Assembly (NCBI GenBank): GCA_951406725.2
Contig: OX597834.1
Location: forward strand, 1,302,001-1,366,000
Length of the DNA stretch: 64,000 nucleotides
Direction of reading: 5' to 3'
DNA from: Octopus vulgaris
Lineage: Eukaryota
The translations under genes and the position numbers were made by a program. The notes below the pieces were generated by a model. It made no database searches, was not told where the DNA came from, and worked only from the letters and a program-made list of their open reading frames with translations. Of this stretch, positions 38,851-52,159 are shown in pieces (position 1 is the stretch's first letter; the number at the start of each line of letters is the position of its first letter).

Positions 38851-39866
38851 CAGAATCTTCGATATTAACCAATCAATGATGTTCTATTAATTAATTCAAA
38901 ACAGTAAATTCCTCAATCATTTACAAGCGATCTCACTTCTCACAAATTCTCAACCAATCACAATTCTTTTCGCTAAACATTATGGAAACAGGAATCTCTT
39001 CCCATTTGATGCATTTCTTTGGAAAAGTATTGTTTTGTTTCTTGTTTTTTTCTACATACAGTAATAGTTGCGCTGTGACATTTATGCCTTTGCGGCGCAT
39101 ATTGTAGAATATTTTCACGACCATTTCACATTTTATAAGATATATTTTTTAAAAAATTGAAATATCTAATTCTCGTGATCCTTTCCGAATTAAACCCCAG
39201 GAGATTCCCGAAACCTAGGAACATATCTTGAAACTTCCATCTCAATAATGACAACTTACAGCGTATTCACAAAGGAACATTTGATAATGAGCTATCGAAC
39301 AACCAATATATGATTGATGAGAATATTGGTAACAATAAGCTAGTTCATTCCTGATAAATACCGAAGACATATTCCCAACAGAAAATCTCGATATTGGACA
39401 GGAACCAATCAATGATCAATAAGTGGTTGTTACTGTAAAGATTTCTTGTCTTCGCCAACATTTAAGATGTCGTCTTTTCTATTCTACCTTCTGATTGACT
39501 TTATGAAATAACAGGTAATTGTTGACAATAGCAACGTTGAGTGGATGGCGGTTCGGTGGTGGAGCGGTGGTGGAGCGGTGGAAACAGCCTTTTCGGAGTT
39601 TTACCTCATTTAATTTACGTTTGTCATTAGCTGCCCTGACGTGAATAGAGGCATGGACTGTTCGCAAGGTTTATCTGTATGTATGGGTGTTTGTCAGTAT
39701 ATGTGTTTAGGGATAAATATAGCAGTGTGGATGCGCATGTACATAGCATACTCTCTCTTTACATACACATGCAAGAACATAACCAGCTTTAGCGAAACAG
39801 CTGTATTAACGCATACACATTTCATTTATATGCACACACACACATATATGTATATATATATATATA

Positions 39867-39946
<80 letters not shown>

Positions 39947-40142
39947 CATATAGATAGAAAGGCACCATATATATAAATATACATATATACATATACATAA
40001 GTTAGAATATATACGTGTGTACGTGTGTGTGTGTGTATATGATAACATATATATGTGGTATATATACATATATATGCATCATCACATATGCCTATATACC
40101 ATATATATACATTATCATTTACAAATACACACATGCAAACTT

Positions 40143-40176
<34 letters not shown>

Positions 40177-40625
40177 TGTATGTATGTATGCATGTATGCG
40201 GCTCAGTGGTTACCGATGATGTTGACTTGTTCTTCTTTTCTGATTATGGCTGCTGTTGCTTAGTGAGTGGGATTGACTCAGTGCACAGCCTTTCCTCAAT
40301 TAAAAGAAAATCTTTTTGCGCAGGCATTGTACGATGACAACATTGATTAAGCTTCGTGCAATAGCCATACTCGATAACGAGGGGGCAGCCACTATTTATA
40401 TATGTATGTATGTATGTATGTATATGCATTAATATATGTAAGATAAAAATGCATTGATAACAAATGAGCCACTCTAGGTAGGGTGTATAAACAAATTAGG
40501 GTGTCTATATACGAGTCTATATTCACAGTCATCCGAGCGTTAATACAGATTCGATTAATCTACATGTATACTCTCACAGATATACATACATATATCGTTA
40601 CATGCATGTATACATGTATACATAC

Positions 40626-40702
<77 letters not shown>

Positions 40703-40816
40703 TGTATATATGTATAAATCATTCACACTAGGGAATATCAAAAAGCACACAGACAACCGCATACCCACACACATATCTGTTCACACACAAATATATATAT
40801 ATATATAAATAATATA

Positions 40817-40885
<69 letters not shown>

Positions 40886-40925
40886 TATATATATATAAAT
40901 ATATATATATATATGTATATATATA

Positions 40926-40957
<32 letters not shown>

Positions 40958-41019
40958 TCTATGTATATATATAGCATGTATATATATGTAATATATATAG
41001 TATATATATATGATATATA

Positions 41020-41066
<47 letters not shown>

Positions 41067-41391
41067 CATTTTCACACACACACACACACACATGTATATA
41101 TACATATAGATGCTTACACACAGTATAAATTCCATGTATTTTTCTCCGTTTACCAAACTAAAAAAAGAGCGACTCTCTGAACCATTAAACCATAAAACTG
41201 TCCATACATCACTTCTGGTTCCAGGAATCGCTTCCAGAAAACGTCCTTCTGGACTCATTTCTTATTTCCAGTTATTCAATCTCAGTTTCTCCATGTTTTT
41301 TTTCTTTTTACATAAATATCTTTAACTGCATTTGACATCTCATTTTCCACTTTTATATATACAGAGGATGTATATATATACATATATATAT

Positions 41392-41497
<106 letters not shown>

Positions 41498-41656
41498 TAT
41501 ATATATATATATAATATATACATATATATATTATATATATATACATATACAAACATATTTACATTTTTGTCTTTATTTTCGTATACTATCATCAACTTTC
41601 TTTTTCTCATCCTTGTTCTTTATATTCTTCTTTTCTTCTTCTTCTTCTTCTTCTTC

Positions 41657-41691
<35 letters not shown>

Positions 41692-42059
41692 ATTATTTTC
41701 ATTGCTATTGTTGCGACTGCTGTCGTTGTGATCTATTTTATTTTTGTTCATCATCCCCAGCCTCATCATCATCATCATCATCATCATCATCACCACCACC
41801 ACCACCACCACCACCGCCACCTTCATTGTCGCTGCGTCTCCAACGCCGCAACCGTCCAATCGTAGGACGAGGCTATAAAACTCTTCTAAGACTCGATGGA
41901 TTAAAGAAGGAAATTAAACGACTTACTACAGCGTTTATAATCTTTGACATATTTTGTTGATATTTACACAGTGGCAGCAGCAGTAGCCGCAGCAACAGCA
42001 GACATCGATAATCGATGTTGATATGACGATATGCTGGTGATAGCTTATATCAAAATAAC

Positions 42060-42120
<61 letters not shown>

Positions 42121-42280
42121 TGGTAATGTGTCCAGTCGTACCGGAGCAATATTATCGAATTCAAACAAAATTTGGGTACTTGCAACATCGGTTCCTTTTT
42201 GTAAGATGATTATGTGTGTGTGTGTATAGATATGAGTGTTTGTGTGTGTGTATGTGCGTGTGTGAGTGTGTGTGTGTGTG

Positions 42281-42353
<73 letters not shown>

Positions 42354-42423
42354 ATTTGTAAGTATGCGCCCGTATATTTCTACTAGTGCATGTCTGAACG
42401 TAAATACATGCTTTCATATATAA

Positions 42424-42484
<61 letters not shown>

Positions 42485-42867
42485 CGTGTGTGTGTGTATA
42501 CGCATATATATGCATATATATATACATACACACACGTACCTATATAGTGTTTTCTAAAATTCGATTGCTTGTCTACAGAATCGTGTCAGTTATTTGCTAG
42601 AATTATCTTGGAATCACCTTTTTTGTGCAATTTCTCTTATTCTCTGCAACTTGATTTATATATCAATGTTTCATATATCTTTATATACACGTATGTGCAT
42701 GTGAGAGAGAGAGAGAGAGAGTGTGTGTGTGTGTGTCTGTGTGTGTGTATGAGTGTATGTGTGTGATATTGTATACGTCTATCTACATATCTATGTATAC
42801 ATCTATATAACAAGAGATAACTGTGTGTGTATATTTATATACACAATTACACACACACATATATAGA

Positions 42868-42907
<40 letters not shown>

Positions 42908-43120
42908 CATATATATGCAAACACATACATACCTATGATTACACATGTACGCGTGTATATATATATATATATATATATATATGCATCTGTATACATATAT
43001 ATGTATATCTTTATACATATATATATATACACCGTCTCTCTCAATCTCTGCATATATGTATATGCTTGTTTCTTTATGTACGTTCATGTGTATACATGCA
43101 TATATAACACACATATGTAA

Positions 43121-43152
<32 letters not shown>

Positions 43153-43579
43153 TCTACTTCATGGAATAGTAAAGAAAATCACAACAAATCTTAATCCTGA
43201 GATTGAGAAATTTTCTGAAATTGCTTCGTCTATGAGAATGGTCAGGTGTGGAGGTGGCGAGGACGGGGTGGCAGGGTGCGCTGAACAAATAATAGAAACG
43301 CTGCAGCAATATATATTGTATTATTGACAACACTTCTCCCACCACCTTCCACTGTTTCGCTCTTTCCTCCTCCTACATCTTGTTTCCATTTCTCTCTCCC
43401 TTCCTCCCTCCTCGCTCTCTCTCTCTCTCCCTCTCACTCACTCTCTCTCTCTCTCCCTCACTTTCTTTCTCTCTCTCTCTCCTTGTTTCTTGACGCTATT
43501 TGCTAGATTCTTGTGTAAAGATATCCACGCTTATAATCTGAATCTCTTGATAGGATAGTGTGTTATATATAAGTATATT

Positions 43580-44505
43580 GATATAGAATTTGGATACGGG
43601 TTGTGCTGTAAAAATTAATAACCAAAGATCGAATCAGATCTCAGCCGAGATCTATAGAATTGCGAAGAAATATATATCTGAAGAATACGATGTCTGGGGA
43701 GGTGCTAATAGTTCTACAAAGAATATATTCCACATTATTGCTAAGTGTTTCGCACAAGAGCAAGGACTTACCGTACCTTGGTTCTCCATCGCAGGCTCTG
43801 ATAGAAATTCTTTCCAAACTTTGTTAGCACCATTTCGAATCTTGCCATTTTTTACTCCTGTTATCACAAACATCATGTCCAGATTTCCAAAACTCTTGTT
43901 TGATTTCAGAAATAATTTGAATACTTGATGTAGACATTAAATAATTAAAATGACGTATTTTCTGAGAGATTAATTAAATAAAGTTGATTAGAAACATATT
44001 TGGTGTAACAGACTGTGTGACAGTCATCAACATGATATATTATACGGAGCAACCCTGTCAGATGTTTTCTGTGAAGTCTGCTAAGGCAAAGCCGATGTGA
44101 ATTTTCGAAATATATCCCTGCAATATATATGTTATACATTTATAGCCAAAAATGACCACCTCCTTTACTTCCTACGTATATTTAGAGTTGAATGGATACA
44201 AATATATCAACGACTATCCAATTGATTTAGACATTATAGAATATGTTTGATGTCCATTAATGGTTCCAAGTTATAACCTTTCGGAATTTTATAAAATTTT
44301 GTAAATTGTAAATAAATATTGAAATTACGGAATCGTTGCTTCCCTTGCTATTTGTTGAAGAATTTCCGATTTCTAATTTGCTAACACATCGTATTTCCTA
44401 TAGAACTGGTTTGCTTTAACAGGAAACATGTTCTTCAATAAATAAATCCATTTATAAATACCCTGATTCAAAACTTTCACCAATTATACTCTGAGGTATT
44501 TTTTA
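43580..44505 (-). mobile_element. Possible very degenerate Penelope-like RT remnant
   Basis: Weak motifs only (KYPQSII; ...SIQL...GHFWL...IYFENSH); many stops. Confidence 0.25.
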
Positions 44506-44514
44506 AAAAGAAGA

Positions 44515-44676
44515 CACGCAGGAGTGGCTGTGTGGTAAGAATCTTACTTCCCAACCATATGGTTCCGGGTTCAGTCCCACTACGTGGCACCTTGAGCAAG
44601 TGTCTTCTACTATAGCCTCGGGCCGACCAGAGCCTTGTGAATGGATTTGGTAGATGGAAACTGAAAGAATCTTATC

Positions 44677-44738
<62 letters not shown>

Positions 44739-45055
44739 TGTATGTATGTATGTATGTATGTATGTATGTATGTATGTATGTATGTATGTATGTATGTATG
44801 TATGTATGTATGTATGTATGTATGTATTTGTTATTTGTGTATGTGTTTGTTATTTGTGTATGTGTTTGTCACCCCACCATCGCTAGACAACCGATGCTGG
44901 TGTTTTAACGTCCCCGTAACTTAATGGTTCGGCAAAAGAGTCCGATAGAATAAGTACTAGGTTTACAAATAATAAGTCCTGGGGTCGAATTGTTCGACTA
45001 AAGGCGGTGCTCCAGCACGGCCGCAGTTAAATGAATGAAACAAGTAAAAGAATAA
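44515..45055 (+). mobile_element. tRNA-derived SINE with internal TA/TATG microsatellite
   Basis: GGAGTGGCTGTGTGGTAAG...GGTTCCGGGTTCAGTCCC...CCTTGAGCAAGTGTC head; tail GGTGCTCCAGCACGGCCGCAG...AAACAAGTAAAAGAATAAA. Confidence 0.85.
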
Positions 45056-45079
45056 AACATACACTGTATATATGAATTT

Positions 45080-45505
45080 TTTATCTTTTCTTTTGCTTCT
45101 TTCAGCGATTCGATTGTGGCCACGCTGGAGCACAGCCTTGAAGAAATTTTATTCGAATGAATCAACCCCCAGTGCTTATTTTGTTGAGGCTGGTACTCTA
45201 TTTTATCGGTCTTTCTTTTGCCGAACCGCTAGGTTTACAGGGGCGTAAACAACCCAAAGCCGGCTGTCAAACAGTGGTTAAGGACAAATACTCACGACAT
45301 GCACACACACACACACATACACACACACACACACATGCAGGCATATGCACGCACGCACACAGACACATACACATACATACACACACACGCATACATACAT
45401 ATATATCTATACACGACAGCCTGCTTTCAGTTTCCGTCTACCGAATCCACTCAAGGTGCTACGTGTTGCGACGGATTGAACCCAGAACCATGTGGTTGGG
45501 AATCA
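45080..45505 (-). mobile_element. Same SINE family, inverted, tail-to-tail with the previous copy
   Basis: GTGGCCACGCTGGAGCAC...GCCGAACCGCTAGG...TTTCAGTTTCCGTCTACCGAATCCACTCA...GAACCCAGAACCATGTGGTTGGGAA. Confidence 0.8.
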
Positions 45506-45972
45506 GGCAAACAATAAAATATCGATGTACAGTTGACTAAATATATTTTGATGTATTTGCGATTATTGTTGTTTATATATTGTCGGGTTGCTTCTCGTTT
45601 ATTCATCTGACCTTGCGGAAACATGAAAGTTAGTTTTAGGAGTGAAAAAGATGGAGGCCCTCATTAAGTAGACGCAACTTAGGCCTTAATTACTCTTAAT
45701 ACGTCTGCAAGTAAAGTTCATTAAACCGTATGTGTGAGTGTTGTGTGTAAGTTTGTTTGTGAAGAGGGGAGGGGCGGTTTCATGTTATTGTCTTCGAGCA
45801 ATTTTAAGGACAACAGAAAATTAACTGATTGGGAACCCGCCAGTAACTTCGAAGTTAGCCATGGCTTGGCAGTCTAACGCGGACAAATTCAAAGCTTCAA
45901 ACAAATCGTACATACGTTTATGCCGCATATATGTATAAATACACACACACTTATGTATACACATACATACAT

Positions 45973-46021
<49 letters not shown>

Positions 46022-46130
46022 TACGTATATACATATATATATATATGTTTGTATACATATATATATATGTATGTGTGCATATATAAAAATATATGTATAT
46101 TTATACACGTATACATGTATGGGTATATGC

Positions 46131-46172
<42 letters not shown>

Positions 46173-46647
46173 TTGTGTATATGTATGTATGTATGTATGA
46201 ATGTATAAGTGTGTACATATATATATATGTATATATGTGTATATATATACATATATATACATATATATATATATATATGAACACACAGAAATATATGTTT
46301 GTGTGCGCGTGCGTGATTGGTTGGTATCAGCCAGTAGTAAGATAGTGATTATGGTGCACAGAATAGACTCTACCTAAGTAATGCAACTGTATATTGCCAG
46401 AGAATGTCTTGGAGAAAAAAAAAGGAAAAAGTAGAAAAAAAAACTAAAAAAATCAATAAATGATAAGAAAGAAAATAAAATTTTATGGAATCCGAATTTA
46501 TTTAAAGTCTTCTTTTATTGTTCGTTTGGCAAACTATGGCAATTACTTTAGTTTAAAGACATCTCCTCTGCGGGTCTGTGCAGTGGGGTGATGCGTCGGC
46601 GACTGACCCCTTGCATCTGTGTATTTGTGTGCGCGGGTGTGTGTGTG

Positions 46648-46699
<52 letters not shown>

Positions 46700-46821
46700 G
46701 GACCGACCGTGCGTAGTGTATGACTTTACAGTGTGTGTGCGCGCGCGTATTTTTGTGTGAGTACGTATATTCTGAGGTTGCATTTGCATGTATGCGCATG
46801 CGTATACTTCTGTGCACATTC

Positions 46822-46864
<43 letters not shown>

Positions 46865-46946
46865 AAGATATCCACATAAATAAACATATATATATATATA
46901 TAATACATATTTAAATATTACGTACATATATATTTACATATATGTG

Positions 46947-46990
<44 letters not shown>

Positions 46991-47048
46991 CAGCCCACCA
47001 CATGGTGTAAATCTCTTCAACGAAGTTCTTTTTTACTGTACATATATA

Positions 47049-47109
<61 letters not shown>

Positions 47110-47111
47110 GT

Positions 47112-48016
47112 AAAAAATACAAACTGGGACAAGAACGCAAGACATTTAGAAGACGATACAAAAAATACGGACGGGACATTCGAAGCCTTCAATCTTCAGT
47201 CAAGAACCGGATTATCCTCGCAATTTCGGCTGATTAATCTTGAGATTGCTCCGACCTGGCCAGCCTCAAAGGAAAATCTAAGCCAAGCGCATTAGATTCC
47301 TTGGAAGAAAGCCTCGAATGTATACAAAACAAGGACGGGAACGAATAAGAATACAAAAATACGTAAAAACAATAATGGTAATAATAATAACAAGAACAGG
47401 ACGTCACAGACAGACGTCTTTTCGACAGGACGAGTGAACTTTGAGCTGGCGCATTAGAAAAATGCCTTGGGGCAAAGAGAGACAAAAAATGTGTCTTGCC
47501 GCGACGGCTGCTGACCACGAAAAGGCCGTCAATCGCTCGGTTAATCACGTGTGAGGAGAAGAGAGAGGAAAAGAGGGACAGATGAAGTGAGAAAAAAGGG
47601 GAACAAGGAACAAAGGAGGAGGAGAAGAGTGAGAGACAGAGAGAGAGAGGGACAGACAGACAGATCAAAGTGGAGTGCAAAGTGTGAAAGGCAGAGAAAT
47701 GTAGGATAGGGGGGAGAGACAGTGTTATAGAGTCGTACCAAGTTTGAAGAAATATGTACTTACATATAAGACCAACAAGGGTACGGGCGCCGCTATATCT
47801 ATATGTATATCTAAAAAAATACAAACTGGGACAAGAACGCAAAACATTTAGAAGACGATACAAAAAACACTGACAGGACATTCGAAGCCTTCAATCTTCA
47901 GTCAAGAACTGGATCATCCTCGCAATTTCGGCTGATTAATCTTGAGATTGCTCCGACCTGGCCAGCCCCAAAGGAAAATCTAGGCCAAGCGCATTAGATT
48001 CCTTGGAAGAAAGCCT
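47112..48016. mobile_element. Non-coding element of about 900 bp with ~203-bp direct terminal repeats (47112-47314 and 47813-48016)
   Basis: AAAAAATACAAACTGGGACAAGAACGC...TTAGATTCCTTGGAAGAAAGCCT occurs twice with a few substitutions; TA repeats lie before each copy and after the second. Confidence 0.85.
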
Positions 48017-48059
48017 TATATATATATAAGCTACAGGAATATATACATCAATATGCGGG

Positions 48060-48106
<47 letters not shown>

Positions 48107-48929
48107 TTTTGATATATATTTAAAATATTATAAATTAATTAATTTAATGTATTGGCTTAAGTTTTTGATTGTTTGATTTGCCTAATAGTGGTTTTATCTC
48201 TAATTTAATATAATATAATATAATATATTTTACTATAAAATTGGATTCAATCCTAAATCTGATTTTTCCCTGTAAGTTTGGATTTATTCCCTAATATTTT
48301 ATTATTAATTTATATATATATATATATATGTTTGTATAGGTGTCATTATGTATCTGTAAGTTTCTCTTTGTACTCTATGCCTATGTCTTTCAATATATCA
48401 GTGTGTGTGTGTGCTGTGCACATTGTTTCTTGTGTCTATTTCTTTTATTTATCTTCCCTCTACGCCGATTCGCTCATAAAATATATAAATGACTACGATT
48501 TCACTTTCAATTTCCTATACATACATACACACACACACCTACACACACACACATATATATATATATTATTGCCTGCATATTGATGTATATATTCCTGTAG
48601 CTGTATGAATTTGTATATTTCTGTTCCTGTCTCTTCCTAAATCATTGTTGTTGTTGTTTTTGTATTTATTAAGATGCTTGCTGAATAATGACAATGTCTG
48701 CTGAAATACAACCACTTCCGTCACCACCACCACCACCACCTCACCACCATGGAAATCAAGAAGAAGAAGTCGAGATGACGGCGACGGTGATGATGAACAC
48801 GATCAGGATGATGATGATGACGACGGCGACGACGATGATGATGATGATGATGATGACGACGATGATGACGATGACGTCAATAGCAGAGGGAGAGGAAGAG
48901 AAGGTGAAGACTAATCACCAACAAAAGAA

Positions 48930-49092
48930 CTACGTTCTGAACAAGGTATCGGTGACAACAGGTGATAATGCCGGTCTTAAAGAATTTGAGAAATTCTTCC
49001 AATATAAAGATCTCGAAATAGAGATAACCAGAGTGTGAAGACTGCAAATAGAAAGCATGCCTAAAATAACAACAACAACAGCAGCACTAACA

Positions 49093-49136
<44 letters not shown>

Positions 49137-49215
49137 AAGAGGTGTCTTGTGATTCATTAACAATACGTGCAGACAAATGGATAACCCCAGGAAATGCAGA
49201 TATACACAATAAACA
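48930..49215 (+). mobile_element. Degenerate R4/Dong-like C-terminal remnant
   Basis: KVSVTTGDNAGLKEFEKFFQYKDLEIEITRV matches DVSIPADDNVSLKEMEKLSKYKDLEIEVTRM of the 8094 element. Confidence 0.75.
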
Positions 49216-49937
49216 GAACACGACGGCAGGAGTCGCTGCATATGTATATGTGTATGTACATATATGTATTGTGTAAGTATGTGCATACATATATATGTGT
49301 GTGTGTGCGTGTGTATGTATGTATATATATGTATATACATATATGCATACATACATACACACGCACACATAAATATTTATGAATTAAAAAAGCTAACAAT
49401 AGTTTTTGATGACAGGGAGAGATTTTACAATTTGCATCCCTACCACATGGGAACGTTGGTACTCGTTACCATTTTCGATACGAATACACGAGGTTACACA
49501 AGTTACATCGTGTATTTTCGTCCAGAATGGAAGAAGTGCATTTGAAAATTGTCGAGAACGCTATCTGCGCGAAGCCATTGGTAGCCTCGTTAACCCACAA
49601 ACAAAGAATATATATCCACCAATGTTGTGTTGAGCGCTCATTCTGACTATTCGATATTAGTATGTGTGTGTGTGTGTGTGAATGTGTGTGTGCGTGCGTG
49701 CGTGTGTGTGCGTGCGTGCGTGTGCGTGTGTATGTGTGTGTTGGCCCGCTGGTGGGAAGGGCATAATCTTTTCACGAACTGGACGTAAAAATACAGACTT
49801 TGACAGTGGTTGTTATGTAAAGGAACTATGGAACCAAATTATTCGAAGCGAAAATCTCTTCTGGGAGAGACGGTTTTTTCTCCCTTCATATCTTGTATAC
49901 ACACACACACATATATATATGTATGTATATATTTATA

Positions 49938-50234
49938 TGGAGGCGCAATGACCTAGTGGTTAGGGCAGCGGACTCGCGGTCGTAGGATCGCGGTTTCGAT
50001 TCCCAGACCAGGCGTTGTGTGTGTTTATTGAGCGAAAACACCTAAAAGTTCCACGAGGCTCCGGCAGGGGGTGGTGATCCCTGCTGTACTCCTTCACCCC
50101 TCTTTCTCTCACTCTTTCTTCTGTTAGCCTGCTCGCTTAGCCAGCGGGGTGGTGTCATTCGAAGGCTAAAACCGCATTGTGACCAGCGATGTGTAACAAC
50201 ATCTGATGGTCTGGTCGGTCACGTGATCACGTGA
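49938..50234 (+). mobile_element. Full-length tRNA-derived SINE in a TA context
   Basis: A box TGACCTAGTGG, B-box-like GGTTTCGATTCCC, tail ...GGTCACGTGATCACGTGA(TA)n. Confidence 0.85.
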
Positions 50235-50241
50235 TATATAT

Positions 50242-51249
50242 AGACACTACAGACACTACCCAGCTCAATTCATAGAGGATGGGATCAGACGTGCAACAGA
50301 AATCGACATAGAAACTTTGAGAAAAGTTCAACATTACAACACACCTTCCCCGAAAATACTGCCTTACATATCCACATACAACCCCAGAAACAAAGAAGCC
50401 TTCACTATCATCACCCAGAATTTACCAATACTTCATAAGGACCCCAAATTAAAGGAAATTCTAAACATACATAAAATCATTAAAAGCTACAAACAACCTA
50501 AATCACTTAAAAAGATTCTCACAAAGGCAAAATTGCTTTCTGAAATTACGGATGCAAAAGTAAAAAAACGTGGTAGACCAAACTGAGCAACATGCTCAAA
50601 CCTGCTAGAAGGATCAGAATTCCTCTTCAAAGAGGGACAAAAATTCAAGATCAAATCTAATTTTACTTGTGCCTCTGAAAACATAAATTATGTCATAAGA
50701 TGTTCGGGCTGCCACCAAAACTACGTGGGGTCCACGGGACTATCACTCAGACGTAGATGCACACTGCATCGACAACAGATTGCATTCCCAGAATACAGAA
50801 TGATACCCTTTAGTGAGCATATTGAGAAATGTGCAAAGCAACTACTACCACAATTTTTAATCTTTCCATTTTATCAATGTGCTATTGGAACACCAACACA
50901 GATTAGACTAAACAAGGAAACATTCTTCATTGAAAAATATAAGCCCAAACTTAACCACTCTAACATTCTTATACAGAGAAACTCACACCATTAAAAAAAG
51001 GCAAGAAATATAAAGCGATTATCTCCCTTATACCGGAAGAAATCACTTATTACCTCCCCTTACCTGGAACTCTTCTTTACACTTCATAGCGAAGTCATAA
51101 CGCAATGTTTTGAGAAATTTGAAAAGTTAACACGAAACTGTATGAAAAATATTTATAACATTCTTCTGACATAACATTCTTCTGACTCAAATATATATTT
51201 TTTAACCTTTTAAAACAAGCCTTCTGTAGTCTTTTCACTTTTTACTATT

Positions 51250-51250
<1 letters not shown>
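50242..51250 (+). mobile_element. 5'-truncated Penelope-like element (thumb end, Cys linker, GIY-YIG), one in-frame stop
   Basis: RHYPAQFI, LPYISTYNP, YKQPKSLKKIL, GRPN*ATC, FTCASENINYVIRCSGCHQNYVGSTG, RLNKETFFIEKYKPKLN (ends 50994); 3' region ends in (TA)n. Confidence 0.88.
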
Positions 51251-51339
<89 letters not shown>

Positions 51340-51725
51340 CGTAGATTAATGCTAAAACTGGAGAAAATTCAAATGAAAAACAAAAGACACCGCATGAATT
51401 TAAGGTGCATAGAGTTGCCCCCATTTGTGAAGGTAGTAGAGGACGCCATTTTGGTGAATGTAATTATAAATATGAAATAGATATCAGTTAAGTTTTGTCG
51501 ATTCGATAAACATTAAGAGACAATTGGGATATTTAAGTTTTTAATGGTTACCGAACTAAGAACAGTGATGTGTCTGCTTAATGGTACAGTCAACCAATAC
51601 AACTACTATCAATACTACTACTATTACTACTACTATTATTACTGCTACTACTGCTGCTGCTGCTGTTGCTGCTACTACCACTACTACAATAGTTGCACAG
51701 ACACAAAAACAGCAATAGTTATTAG

Positions 51726-51860
<135 letters not shown>

Positions 51861-52159
51861 CTTTCTTTTATTAGCCACACAGGGCTGAATACAGAGGGGA
51901 CAAATACAAATGCAGAGCTTTTCTTTTCGAGGGTGGAAAAAAAAAAGGAATAAATGTAAGATTGCGATCAAAAGGGATCGAGAGGAGGAAAAAAGAAAAG
52001 AAATCGTGTATCACAGAAATAATGATAAAAACATTGATAAAACAAGATTGGGTTCATCCGTGGGAAGAAAAGCCTACAGAAAAGACCACGGGAACCTTAG
52101 TCAGGGAGGAAATAACCACATGAGATCAAAATGCTCTCTCTCTCTTTCTTTTTTACGAA

